Shown here: piece by piece, positions 11,346-20,380 of the stretch | How the letters are laid out: every line of letters begins with the position of its first letter | How positions within the stretch are numbered: the stretch's first letter is position 1 | NCBI GenBank assembly: GCA_965198225.1 | Contig: CBDAOY010000008.1 | Span: forward strand, 128,001 to 192,000 | Reading direction: 5' to 3' | Source: Terriglobia bacterium | Lineage (GTDB): Bacteria; Acidobacteriota; Terriglobia; 20CM-2-55-15 | DNA: 64,000 bases | Program-made: the position numbers and the translations under genes | Notes under the pieces: model-generated | What the model saw: the letters and a program-made list of their open reading frames with translations, nothing else | The model's database searches: none | Told to the model about the DNA's origin: nothing

Positions 11346-11741
11346 CTATTGAAGTGCCTCCAGCTTGGCTTTGGCTTCTTCGCTAAGCCTATGATTCGTC
11401 TCAGCCACGATGCCCGCTAACGTTCTCTCCGCATCTGTAGCCGATCCATCCCCGACGATCGCCGTGAGTGCTTCTTTATCGGCTTCATTGGCTCTGTGTT
11501 CGAAGTTGTGTAGCACCATGGCGATTTTCCGAATGGCCTCACTGTTGGACGAGTCGTTGGCGATCTCCATCAACATCGCTTTGTCCGCGTCAGACGGGAA
11601 GTGTTCCAAGCCCACCAGCATCTTGGCTATCGACTTGGAGCCATCCATCTGTGCCGCCGCGGAGAACTGGGGAAACAGAGCGGTACAGAGCACCACCAAA
11701 CCGACAACGATCAAGCCTTTCTTGACAGCGTGACTGTTCAT
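11346..11741 (-). CDS. Secreted helical repeat protein
   Basis: AAGGAGGG RBS and signal peptide MNSHAVKKGLIVVGLVVLCTALFPQFSAAA. Internal ~35-aa repeats begin HFPSDADK, HRANEADK and HRLSEEAK. Confidence 0.75.
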   Translation of the reverse strand: MNSHAVKKGLIVVGLVVLCTALFPQFSAAAQMDGSKSIAKMLVGLEHFPSDADKAMLMEIANDSSNSEAIRKIAMVLHNFEHRANEADKEALTAIVGDGSATDAERTLAGIVAETNHRLSEEAKAKLEALQ

Positions 11742-11943
11742 CTTTCCCTCCTTTAATTTGTTATAGCGGTCGGAACTCCCTCCCTGCATCGACTCGAGGT
11801 TCCGACCATTCATCACCCTCGGAGATTCTTCCGAACACTCCGGTAGTCGCCTCCGACGCCTGCCATGTTGGGGCGGTTCGACGATAGCCGCTAGTTTCAA
11901 CTGGAAATCGAGTGTCAGTATACTCCTTCCTCTGCACGGAACA

Positions 11944-12063
11944 TCAGATTTTGGACCCTACAGTGGATCGATCGCTACTCGCCCGGTTACGGTTGCTCGG
12001 GACCGCTTCGCGTGCCCGGGACATCGGACTCTTCCTGGCTAGCTTTGCGTTTAGCTTTGCCAT
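11944..12063 (-). CDS. Possible 39-aa basic peptide or gene remnant
   Basis: AGGAGG RBS followed by MAKLNAKLARKSPMSRAREAVPSNRNRASSDRSTVGSKI*. Confidence 0.3.
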   Translation of the reverse strand: MAKLNAKLARKSPMSRAREAVPSNRNRASSDRSTVGSKI

Positions 12064-12115
12064 CAGCCTCCTGGCTGGCACAGGATGCGAACCCCTCTTG
12101 TTTTACACATCGCCA

Positions 12116-13159
12116 TCAGTCCAGCAAGACCTCCACATGCGCGGCAGCGGCGAGGGCATTGCCCTCGATGTTGTAGCCACCCTCCAGGAGCGAGACGAGT
12201 CGTCCGCCGGCGTAGTCATCAGCCAGATCCATGGCCGTGCGGGTCATGCGCCTGAACACGTCGTCCGTCAGGTCGAAGCATCCCAGCAGATCGTCTTGGC
12301 GGCTGTCGAAGCCGGCCGACACGATGATGAAATCCGGCCGGAACTTGGTCGCCGCAGACAGAAGCTTCGCGTCCCAGTGCCGCAGCATGTCCACATCGCG
12401 GGATCCACAATCCAGGTGAGCGTTGATGTTGAGGCCGGATCCCTCTCCCTCTCCTGTCAGGGACGGGTCGCCGGTTCCGGGGTAGGCCTGCCAGTTGTGC
12501 GTGCTGAAGAAAAGCACACTTGGGTCATCGTAGAACGCGTTTTGCGTGCCGTTCCCGTGGTGGTAGTCCCAGTCGATGACGAGCACCCGCTCGAAGCCGT
12601 GGACCCGCTGGGCATAGCGCGTCGCGACAGCGGCGTTGCTGTAGAAGCAGAAACCCTCCCCGGCACCCGTGTTGTTCGCGTGGTGCCCGGGAGGCCGGCT
12701 GGCGCAGAAGGCGTTCTTGACCTGTCCGCGAGCCACCGCGTCCACCGCACCGAGGGCGCCCGAGACGGCGAGCTCGGCGACCGGACCCGTCACCTCGATG
12801 CGGCGAACCGACTCCACGTGCTCGGGCGTGTGATGGGCTCGAATGGCGGACAGGGGATCCTCTGACAGCGAGAGTGGAATCAACTCCTGGTCGAGACCTC
12901 GCTCGGCGAACACCTCCATCATCCGGACCAGACGAAGGGCTCGCTCGGGATGCGTCTCGCCCCGGCGAGAGGGAAGCACGTGATCCAGGTACCGGACGTC
13001 GTAGACCAGCCCGGTGCCTATGGCCGGCTCCCCGAGGGTTGGAGTCTCCTCGAGGGTGGGTTTGTGTCCGAGGGCGGAGATCCGCCCGAACGCTGAGATC
13101 GCTCCGAGGCCCAGCAGCCCCTTCGAAGCGCCGGAAATGAATCCTCTTCGTGTCGTCAC
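12116..13159 (-). CDS. Histone deacetylase family amidohydrolase with twin-arginine signal
   Basis: HPE, RPPGHHA, GFC, DWDYHHGNGTQ, SAGFD and LEGGY motifs; N-terminal TRRGFI. Confidence 0.92.
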   Translation of the reverse strand: MTTRRGFISGASKGLLGLGAISAFGRISALGHKPTLEETPTLGEPAIGTGLVYDVRYLDHVLPSRRGETHPERALRLVRMMEVFAERGLDQELIPLSLSEDPLSAIRAHHTPEHVESVRRIEVTGPVAELAVSGALGAVDAVARGQVKNAFCASRPPGHHANNTGAGEGFCFYSNAAVATRYAQRVHGFERVLVIDWDYHHGNGTQNAFYDDPSVLFFSTHNWQAYPGTGDPSLTGEGEGSGLNINAHLDCGSRDVDMLRHWDAKLLSAATKFRPDFIIVSAGFDSRQDDLLGCFDLTDDVFRRMTRTAMDLADDYAGGRLVSLLEGGYNIEGNALAAAAHVEVLLD

Positions 13160-13261
13160 TTGTAGCCTCCTACCGCGTGGATCCCAACGTAGCCGCCAAC
13201 AGCAACACGTGCTACGCGGCCCTCATCATAGCATCGGTATCAGCGCACTCGGTGGGCAACG

Positions 13262-13388
13262 GGTATTGTCAGGTCAACTCCTCGGCGGGCTGACTGACGG
13301 GATGAAAACTCGCCGATCCCGCTACATTAGATATCGCTTTCCGCCAGGGATCATCAGCCACGCCGTCTGGCTCTACTATCGATTCCTC
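13262..13388 (+). mobile_element. IS6-family left-end remnant
   Basis: GGTATTGTCAGGTCAA (IR-like), then ATG at 13302 giving MKTRRSRYIRYRFPPGIISHAVWLYYRFL. Confidence 0.78.
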
Positions 13389-13421
13389 GTGGTCAGCGCG
13401 TTAGACCGCAGTTTGTCATGA

Positions 13422-13742
13422 TTACGGGATCTCGACTTCGGTATAGCTTCCCGGCGCCGCTCGATCAATCGCTTCAACGACCGATCCAACCGCCAGTTGA
13501 ATCCTGGGCCAGCTTGTGGACAGTAGGACGACCATCCCAAGACGCCGCCCTTCTAGATTCTGGTGATGTTTGAGGTTGGAGTCTGTCGTTACCAGAACCG
13601 CGTATCCCTCCCGCTCAGCCGCTTCGAGTAGCTCACCGTTCCCCAGCTTCGACCAACCGCGTTCATAGGCGGTCGATACGTCGTGGTGCGTCAGGGTTCG
13701 CCGCAGTGGGTCGGGGGTGCCTTGGTCGAACAGTATGCGCAC
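13422..13742 (-). CDS. PIN-like (DUF5615/VapC45-type) toxin
   Basis: MRILFDQ..P, GWSKLGNGELL and LVTTDSNL; adjacent to a DUF433 gene. Confidence 0.82.
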   Translation of the reverse strand: MRILFDQGTPDPLRRTLTHHDVSTAYERGWSKLGNGELLEAAEREGYAVLVTTDSNLKHHQNLEGRRLGMVVLLSTSWPRIQLAVGSVVEAIDRAAPGSYTEVEIP

Positions 13743-13970
13743 TTATACTTGAGCCAAAGCGCTCCGGCCGGCATGATCGAGAACGGCCCGGACCTGTTCA
13801 AGCGTGACTCCGGGAAACCACTCGACAAATTGCGAAGCGGAAGCTCCGTCCTCGAGATTCTCAAAAAGTGCAGCCACAGGGATCCGGGTACCGCGGAACA
13901 CCCAGGCGCCGCTGGCACGTTCCGGGTCCCTCTCGACAGCCGGACAAGAGGACCAATCAATCATGCTCAA
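13743..13970 (-). CDS. DUF433 antitoxin
   Basis: SGAWVFRGTRIPV..LFENLEDGAS...F.EWFPGV signature. Confidence 0.88.
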   Translation of the reverse strand: MSMIDWSSCPAVERDPERASGAWVFRGTRIPVAALFENLEDGASASQFVEWFPGVTLEQVRAVLDHAGRSALAQV

Positions 13971-14077
13971 ATAGTACCATCGCCGACGCGGCGGTAAGAT
14001 AACTCAGGATCCGGCGTAGCGCCGATTGGCCTTCACGAGGTTTTCCGGTCCAGATCAGGTAGTCTCTCTCGGCGGGA

Positions 14078-15583
14078 TTACCGGTTCAGACTATAGAGTC
14101 CCACCTCCGGGCTGCCGGTACCACTGCAGCCGGTCGCCCCATAGCGCAGAAACTTCTGGATTCGTTGCCCGCTGTCTACCTCGCCGGTGAAGACGTTCCC
14201 CGCCGAATCGACCGCCAAGGCGTGAATCCAATGGAACTCGCCGATCTGCCGTCCCGACCGGCCAATTCGATCCAGCTCGGTCAGGTTCTCGCGGTTGATG
14301 ACGTAGAACGTGCCGTTTGCCAGATCCGCTATGTAAAGGCAGGTCTGGCCCGGATCGGTGGACAGGGCCGCCGAACCTGCAGTACCACTTGCGGTGTGCG
14401 GAGCAACGTGGATCTCTCCCACGAATCCGCACTGGCCGGGCTCCGCGTTCGGGTTGCTGCACGGGCTCCCGACTTCGTCCACATCGAAGATCTGAATGCG
14501 GTTGTTGCCACGGTCACAGGCATACAACAGCCCATCCACACTGAGGCTCGCACAGTGGAGCGGGCTTCTGAAGAACATCGGCGTCAGATTGCCCGCCTGG
14601 TAGTCGGCGGCCCATGGGCCGGCGTCATAGGGGTCAATGTCGGTGCCGTCCGGATCGTCCACCGGGTTCTGTCCGTACGCGCCGAAGTGACCCACATACT
14701 GGCCGGTCTCGGCGTCCACAATCAGAATGCGCCGGTTTCCGTAACCATCGGCGACGTAGAGGCGGTTCGTCTCCGGGTCCACGCTCATGTCGGCCACCAG
14801 GTAGGGCTGCGGCCTTTGGTTGGGGCCCCCGTCAACGTTTTCGCTGTCGGGAGCTTCCATACCGGCATACCCGATCTGGTAAACAAAATCTCCATCGGAG
14901 GTGAACTTCAGGATGTGCGAATCATCCCCGAAGGTGGCCGCCCACGGGAACTGTCCGGTGAAGTCCTGTCCGTTTCCGGAGATGTAGACGAAGTCGTTGT
15001 GGTCCACGAAGATTCCGTGCTCGCGACCCGGCCAGAAGCATCCGTCCTCCTCTCGACATTTTTCTTCGAGGAAGCCTGGGTCCGCCGGTCCACCCCAGGC
15101 GTCGAGCAGATTTCCTTCCGTGTCGAACTTGAGCACTGAGGGTGCGGGAACGCAGCAACCGGAAATCTGTTCGGCGAAAGCTCTCGGATTTCCCAACCCG
15201 TCAACCGGTGTGCCGGCCTCGTTTGTGCCGGCCACGCCCAGACCGGCGGCGGCGCTGGACTCCAAAGCCCGGGGCCTGTGATACACCCAGACGTTGTCCT
15301 GCTGGTCGACGGCGATTCCGCCGACCTGACTGATGCGCCAGTTGTTGGGCAGAGGCTTCGGCCAGCCGGGATCAACGACGAAGCCCGGGGCCGACGCGCC
15401 TGCGGGAACCCTTGGAGCTGAGCGCTCGCCGAGGCGCCCTATGGCGCCGGTCTGGTTCAATAGCACGGCGGCTTCTCCCTGTCCCGCGTCTCCCAGTTCG
15501 GCTTCGTCAGTACCAGTACATGCGGAAGTACCCAATGCGCAGCCCAGCAGACCGGCGAAGACGATGCACCTTGCGTTTGTCAT
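14078..15583 (-). CDS. NHL-repeat beta-propeller lipoprotein (peptidyl-alpha-hydroxyglycine lyase-like)
   Basis: Lipobox GTSAC, VDPGWPKPLPNNW, YVADGYGNRR, CDRGNNRIQ and H..AVDSAGN.F.GEV. Confidence 0.82.
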   Translation of the reverse strand: MTNARCIVFAGLLGCALGTSACTGTDEAELGDAGQGEAAVLLNQTGAIGRLGERSAPRVPAGASAPGFVVDPGWPKPLPNNWRISQVGGIAVDQQDNVWVYHRPRALESSAAAGLGVAGTNEAGTPVDGLGNPRAFAEQISGCCVPAPSVLKFDTEGNLLDAWGGPADPGFLEEKCREEDGCFWPGREHGIFVDHNDFVYISGNGQDFTGQFPWAATFGDDSHILKFTSDGDFVYQIGYAGMEAPDSENVDGGPNQRPQPYLVADMSVDPETNRLYVADGYGNRRILIVDAETGQYVGHFGAYGQNPVDDPDGTDIDPYDAGPWAADYQAGNLTPMFFRSPLHCASLSVDGLLYACDRGNNRIQIFDVDEVGSPCSNPNAEPGQCGFVGEIHVAPHTASGTAGSAALSTDPGQTCLYIADLANGTFYVINRENLTELDRIGRSGRQIGEFHWIHALAVDSAGNVFTGEVDSGQRIQKFLRYGATGCSGTGSPEVGLYSLNR

Positions 15584-15848
15584 GATCCCCCCTTGGGACG
15601 TTCGACCTTCCGACGGGTCCATCCATTTCTCTTCTAGTGAAGCGGAAAAACGACAGTGTAGAATGCCGTTCCCTGATTGGCAATCCGAACTTCTCTTGGG
15701 AGAGCGGGGAGAGAGCACAGAGGGTACTGGCCGCTGCTCATACCCACTCCGAGTGACTCATGTGACACTTTGATTGCTTCAAATCCCCGCCTTCCGTAGT
15801 ATTTACGCAAGATTCACCAAACCGGCGAAGGAACGCCTTCCAATAGAA

Positions 15849-15873
15849 GTGTAGGTGCGGTCTGTGACCGCAC
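15849..15873 (+). repeat. GTAG-type REP, single copy
   Basis: GTGTAG-GTGCGGTC-tgt-GACCGCAC. Confidence 0.8.
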
Positions 15874-16055
15874 ATCTTCAGGAGGCAAGCGGTGTCGCCC
15901 GCAGCTGGCCTACGCTCAGGCCCCTGCGACGCCGACCAGCTCGGTGCTGGCGGTATGCCCGGACCGCCCGATTGGGGTCGGTCCGACCCGAGCCGGTCGT
16001 TGGTGGATATAGAAACAAAGAGTACGCACAAAACAAATGAAGAGGGAGACACGTC

Positions 16056-16748
16056 GTGACCTATAGACACATTGTTCTTGCCACAATCGCTGCCATCGCT
16101 TTGAGTTCGACCGCTGTTTGGGCCCAGGCCCAGGAATCGGAGTTTCCGCTGGGTTTCTTCGTCACCAGCACCACCCATAGCGGCAATCTCGGCGGCCTCG
16201 CCGGTGCCGACGCCGAGTGCCAGCGTCTGGCGGCCGCCGTCGGCGCGGGCAATCGCACGTGGCGCGCTTATCTCAGCACCCAGGGTGGCCGAGGAGCCGT
16301 GCCGTCCGTCAACGCACGGGATCGTATCGGCAACGGACCTTGGTACAACGCCAACGGGATCATGATAGCGGGCAACGTCGCAGATCTGCATGGCGATGTT
16401 CAGCGTGACGCCAACCTCGTCAATGTGAGAACTGCGGTAACGGAAGCTGGCGAGCTTGTGAACGGGTTTGGTCGTCCCGAGGGCACCCCGCAGGAGCACG
16501 ACATCCTTACGGGATCGGATTCGCATGGTCGGGCATTTCCGGCAGGCATGTCCAACCAGGCCGACGACCGCACTTGCAACAACTGGACGTCCGATAGCGC
16601 CGATGCCCGTGGCATGATCGGCCACCATGACCGTATGAGTGGCTGGAATACATCGTGGAATTCCTCGCACTCGACCGCGGGCTGTAGCCTGGAGGCGTTT
16701 AACGGCACCGGCGGCGCTGGACGCTTTTATTGCTTCGCCGCTAACTGA
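16056..16748 (+). CDS. Secreted endostatin/DUF1554-like lectin-fold protein
   Basis: Signal peptide, FFVTS..GNLGGLAGADAECQRLA, WRAYLS, HDILTGS, CNNWTS and FYCFA. Confidence 0.8.
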   Translation: MTYRHIVLATIAAIALSSTAVWAQAQESEFPLGFFVTSTTHSGNLGGLAGADAECQRLAAAVGAGNRTWRAYLSTQGGRGAVPSVNARDRIGNGPWYNANGIMIAGNVADLHGDVQRDANLVNVRTAVTEAGELVNGFGRPEGTPQEHDILTGSDSHGRAFPAGMSNQADDRTCNNWTSDSADARGMIGHHDRMSGWNTSWNSSHSTAGCSLEAFNGTGGAGRFYCFAAN

Positions 16749-16804
16749 CATGGCGCGAATAGGGTATCGCTCGCCAGCCGTCCGAACTGCCTCGTCGGTC
16801 TGCT

Positions 16805-16990
16805 GTTCCCGAATCGCTCCACCGCCGCCCGCGTGCTTCGGGACAGGGCGACCAGCCGGGTCGATTGCCGGGTCTTCGGCCGGTCGATCTTGCCCTGTAG
16901 AGCCGCTGTGTGACTTCGACTTGGTCGTTGTTTACGCGCTTCCACTGCAGCGCGGGGACTTCGCCGAGTCTCATCTCGGAGAAGACGGTG
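16805..16990 (-). pseudogene. Tyrosine recombinase (phage integrase) fragment
   Basis: MRLGEVPALQWKRV..EVTQRLYR, then a one-base frameshift in a G run to GKIDRPKTRQSTRLVAL (box I Arg and PKT motifs). Confidence 0.65.
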
Positions 16991-16999
16991 ATCTATCTT

Positions 17000-17563
17000 A
17001 TGAACAGGTTTCTTTTGTCGGCACTTAGTGTTGTTGCGATGTTTCTTCTGGTAAGTGGTCATCAAAGCGCCGCTCAACAAAACGAGCTTGACGCTAGTGG
17101 CTATGATCCCGAAGCACGACTTGAAGAATTGGGTATTACGCTGCCTGATCCACCCAGCCCCGTTGCTAACTACGTAAACGGTGTGCGGACCGGCAACTTG
17201 ATATTTCTAGCGGGTAAAGGGCCGCGCCGCGCTGACGGCAGTGAGATAACCGGCAAGCTGGGCGCCGGTGTCACCATCGAAGAGGGATACGAAGGTGCGC
17301 GGCTGACCGCGATTAACCAGCTGGCGGTCTTGAAAGCAATGCTGGGCGATTTGAACCGGGTTGTGCGCGTCGTGAAAGTATTGGGCATGGTCAACTCTGA
17401 TCCGTCATTTGTGGAGCAGCCCGCAGTGATTAACGGTTTTTCAGATTTGATTGTCGCCGTCTTTGGCGAGCGAGGACGCCATGCCCGCGCTGCCGTGGGT
17501 ATGGCTTCCTTACCCAGAGGCCAGGCGGTTGAAATTGAAATGATTGTAGAAGTAAGAGATTAA
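17000..17563 (+). CDS. RidA/YjgF family protein with signal peptide
   Basis: MNRFLLSALSVV leader, PVANYV, VINGFSDL, GRHARAAVG and VEIE. Confidence 0.88.
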   Translation: MNRFLLSALSVVAMFLLVSGHQSAAQQNELDASGYDPEARLEELGITLPDPPSPVANYVNGVRTGNLIFLAGKGPRRADGSEITGKLGAGVTIEEGYEGARLTAINQLAVLKAMLGDLNRVVRVVKVLGMVNSDPSFVEQPAVINGFSDLIVAVFGERGRHARAAVGMASLPRGQAVEIEMIVEVRD

Positions 17564-17672
17564 GAGGGACCAACTTCCGGTGCGTTTCTTACTTTCGGAT
17601 CTTTGATCTGGCTGACATTCGACCCGTTTCGGATGTCGATTCGGCCTCCGAGGGGCAAGTTCACGATGCCCC

Positions 17673-18848
17673 TCACCTTCGACCTCGCTTGCGCCTGGGA
17701 AACAGATCCTCCGCCGTAGCCCCGGCGAGCGCCTCGAGCGGCACGACGTCGATGCGTTTGCCCAGCGAATAACGCCGTGACCCCGGATACAACACGATCA
17801 TCTGATCGAGTCCGAGATCTTCCATAGCAATACGCATCGACGGAGTGATTGCGGGTGCGTCCGATCGCTTCACCTCCACGCCCAGGCGCCGGCCGCGCTT
17901 GAATAGAAGCAGATCCAGTTCGGCGCCCTGATGGGTCGCCCAGAAATACGCCTCGTCGGGGTCCACGGCTTTCAGGGTTTCCTCGACGGCGTAGCCTTCC
18001 CACGACGCACCGATCTTCGGATGCAGCAGCAGGTCCCTCTGAGTTCGTATACCAAGAAGCTGGTGGAGCAGGCCGCTGTCGCGCAGGTAGATCTTGGGGC
18101 TCTTGACTTGACGTTTCTTCAGGTTCTCGTGCCAGGGGGTCAACTGGCGGACCATGAACAGATCCGTCAGCAAATCCAGGTAGCGGCGGACGGTGGGCTC
18201 GCTGACACCGAGCGAGCGGGCGGGCTCGGCAGAGTTCCACACGGCGCCGTGACGGTGAGCGACCATGGACCAGTAACGTAAGAGCGCCGAGGCCGGAATC
18301 CTAATTCCAAACTGAGGCACGTCCCGTTCCAGAAACATCTGGATAAACTGTTGCCGCCAGATGAAACTGTCGTTTTCTGAGCGGGCGAGAAAAGACAGCG
18401 GAAAACCGCCTCGGCGCCAGTGGCGTTCCAATTTCCGCGTCCCGGTTTCGGACAGACTGAGACCTGACAGCACCAGGACCTCCATCCGGCCGGCCAAGGA
18501 CTCCGAACTCTGTCGCAGCAAGCCTGGCGATGCGCTACCCAGAATCAGGAAACGTGCCGGTAGCGGTTTCCTGTCGGTCAGGACGCGAAGAATCGGAAAC
18601 AACTCCGGTCGGCGCTGGACTTCGTCAATAACCACGATGCCGCGCAAGCCGGCCAGAGCCGTCATCGGCTCAGCCAGGCGAGCCAGGCTCTGAGGATGTT
18701 CGAGATCGAAGTAGTTGATTGAATCCGCCGGCAGAATCTGCCGGGCGAGCGTCGTCTTTCCGCCCTGGCGCGGGCCGATCAACGCCAATGCGCGACTCCG
18801 CTTCAAGCCTGCGCGAATCCTGCCAAGGACTTGAGATCGGGCGATCAC
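17673..18848 (-). CDS. AAA_14 + DUF4143 ATPase
   Basis: Walker A GPRQGGKTT, Walker B IDEVQ, GGFP, KIYLRDSG and C-terminal ELDLL...VEVK. Confidence 0.9.
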   Translation of the reverse strand: MIARSQVLGRIRAGLKRSRALALIGPRQGGKTTLARQILPADSINYFDLEHPQSLARLAEPMTALAGLRGIVVIDEVQRRPELFPILRVLTDRKPLPARFLILGSASPGLLRQSSESLAGRMEVLVLSGLSLSETGTRKLERHWRRGGFPLSFLARSENDSFIWRQQFIQMFLERDVPQFGIRIPASALLRYWSMVAHRHGAVWNSAEPARSLGVSEPTVRRYLDLLTDLFMVRQLTPWHENLKKRQVKSPKIYLRDSGLLHQLLGIRTQRDLLLHPKIGASWEGYAVEETLKAVDPDEAYFWATHQGAELDLLLFKRGRRLGVEVKRSDAPAITPSMRIAMEDLGLDQMIVLYPGSRRYSLGKRIDVVPLEALAGATAEDLFPRRKRGRR

Positions 18849-19003
18849 GGCAGAGATGATACCATGATATTCGAACGATCTATATTAGATAGTCATGATC
18901 TATTTCTTGAGAGACCACAGTTTAAGACATACCCTTGCCTTCCTACCAGTTCCAGCATAACAACAGCGTTACCTCAAACACCGGTCGCGTTTCGATTCGC
19001 CAA

Positions 19004-19279
19004 TCACTCAATGCGTTTATTGAGCGTGTGGCTGCTCGCACTGGGTACGTCGTCGTGCCGGAGCTCCATCGGTAGGGCGACCCGAGGCCGGTCCTTCGCC
19101 GGTCGCTCCAGCCACTCTTCAATGCCGTTAAGAACAACCAGAGCAGCGATCGCGGCATGTAGAAACCCGACAGCGGGGCTCCAGTCCGACGGAGCAAAGA
19201 AGAGCGCTGTGAAGATGACCAGCAGCCCAATTCTACGTGGAAAGGAACTCAGCGCTGAAGACATGTCGATCGTCTCCAT
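19004..19279 (-). CDS. Small hypothetical membrane protein
   Basis: 91-aa ORF with two hydrophobic segments; no recognised family. Confidence 0.35.
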   Translation of the reverse strand: METIDMSSALSSFPRRIGLLVIFTALFFAPSDWSPAVGFLHAAIAALVVLNGIEEWLERPAKDRPRVALPMELRHDDVPSASSHTLNKRIE

Positions 19280-19824
19280 AGGTTGGTCTTGTTCTTCCGC
19301 CGGGCACGGTGAACACTCTGCCGAAAGGGAATCCCCGAAGGAGCGCGGTTCCGAACAGCGTTGTCACGAGAGCCATGCTACCAGCGTAGCGCCAAGCGGG
19401 GAGCGCCACAAGGAATTGTCCCATTACGAAGGGCTCAGATTCTATGTTTCGCGTGGCGCAAAAGCTGCCGTCGCATGAAAGGTGGGGCCGGCGCCTTCTT
19501 CGCTGCCCTCAACTGGCGAATCCGAACTCCGTGTTCTGGTGTGAGAGATCACGTCCGTCAGCGCAAGGCTGGGGTTGGCATAGGAAAACAGTTGATAGAT
19601 CTCGGGTGCGGTTCCCAGGCTGATGTCCACAGTGTTCTTCATTTCTTTTATCCGATAGCTAGCTCAGTGATTCTTGGTTTTCACTGAGTGATTCAAAATC
19701 TGTTCCGATCGGGAAGGCCCTGGCTTCAGTCGGTTGACTACCGAATGGCATGAACGTTCCCCGCGCGGGCAGCGGTGACCCCAGCCTGATCTCGGGCCAA
19801 CTCGCACCCATGTCGAGAGCTTCG

Positions 19825-19995
19825 TTACTTGTTAACGAGCTTTCGAACGCCGTCGAGGATTCTCTTGCGTTCTGCTCTGACGGCCAGCTTCGCGATGCGT
19901 TGTATCTTGGGGCGGTCTCCCATTGGGAAGGCCATCAACCCCTTGCGCACTTCTGCATTCGTCCCGATCTCGATATTTGCTCGATCTACTGCCAT
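19825..19995 (-). CDS. 56-aa basic hypothetical protein
   Basis: GGAGG RBS followed by MAVDRANIEIGTNAEVRKGLMAFPMGDRPKIQRIAKLAVRAERKRILDGVRKLVNK*. It falls below the ORF-track length cutoff. Confidence 0.55.
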   Translation of the reverse strand: MAVDRANIEIGTNAEVRKGLMAFPMGDRPKIQRIAKLAVRAERKRILDGVRKLVNK

Positions 19996-20380
19996 TACGC
20001 CCTCCAGTGTGGTCGCCAGATGAGTAGCGGATCATCGCGAAACTCAACTCAGGCCGAGTTCTGGAGGGATTCTATCTGGTTTCTCTCCCGCCCGAAAGCT
20101 GTGCATGGAGGATTGCTGACTCGTCGCGCACTTCCCCTGGATTTAGTCGGTCCAGCTCGGGTAGGCTGTCATGCGTTCTGCATAACGTCGCTGGCGCCCA
20201 TCGCGTTACTGGAGGTACACCTGGCACATATGCGTAAGACGCCTATCCGCCCGAGTGACTGTTTGATTGCGTCCAACTCCCTCCTTTCGCAATAATTACC
20301 CGATTTCTCAACCAATTGGAGGAATGCCTTGAGACAGAACTGGTTGTCGTCAGGTTGGGCTGAGACTGGGCCGCTGTGAG

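Noticed and set aside
17673-18848. AAA_14/DUF4143 ATPase as part of a new defence system
   Set aside because: It is a solitary member of a common family with no partner genes here.
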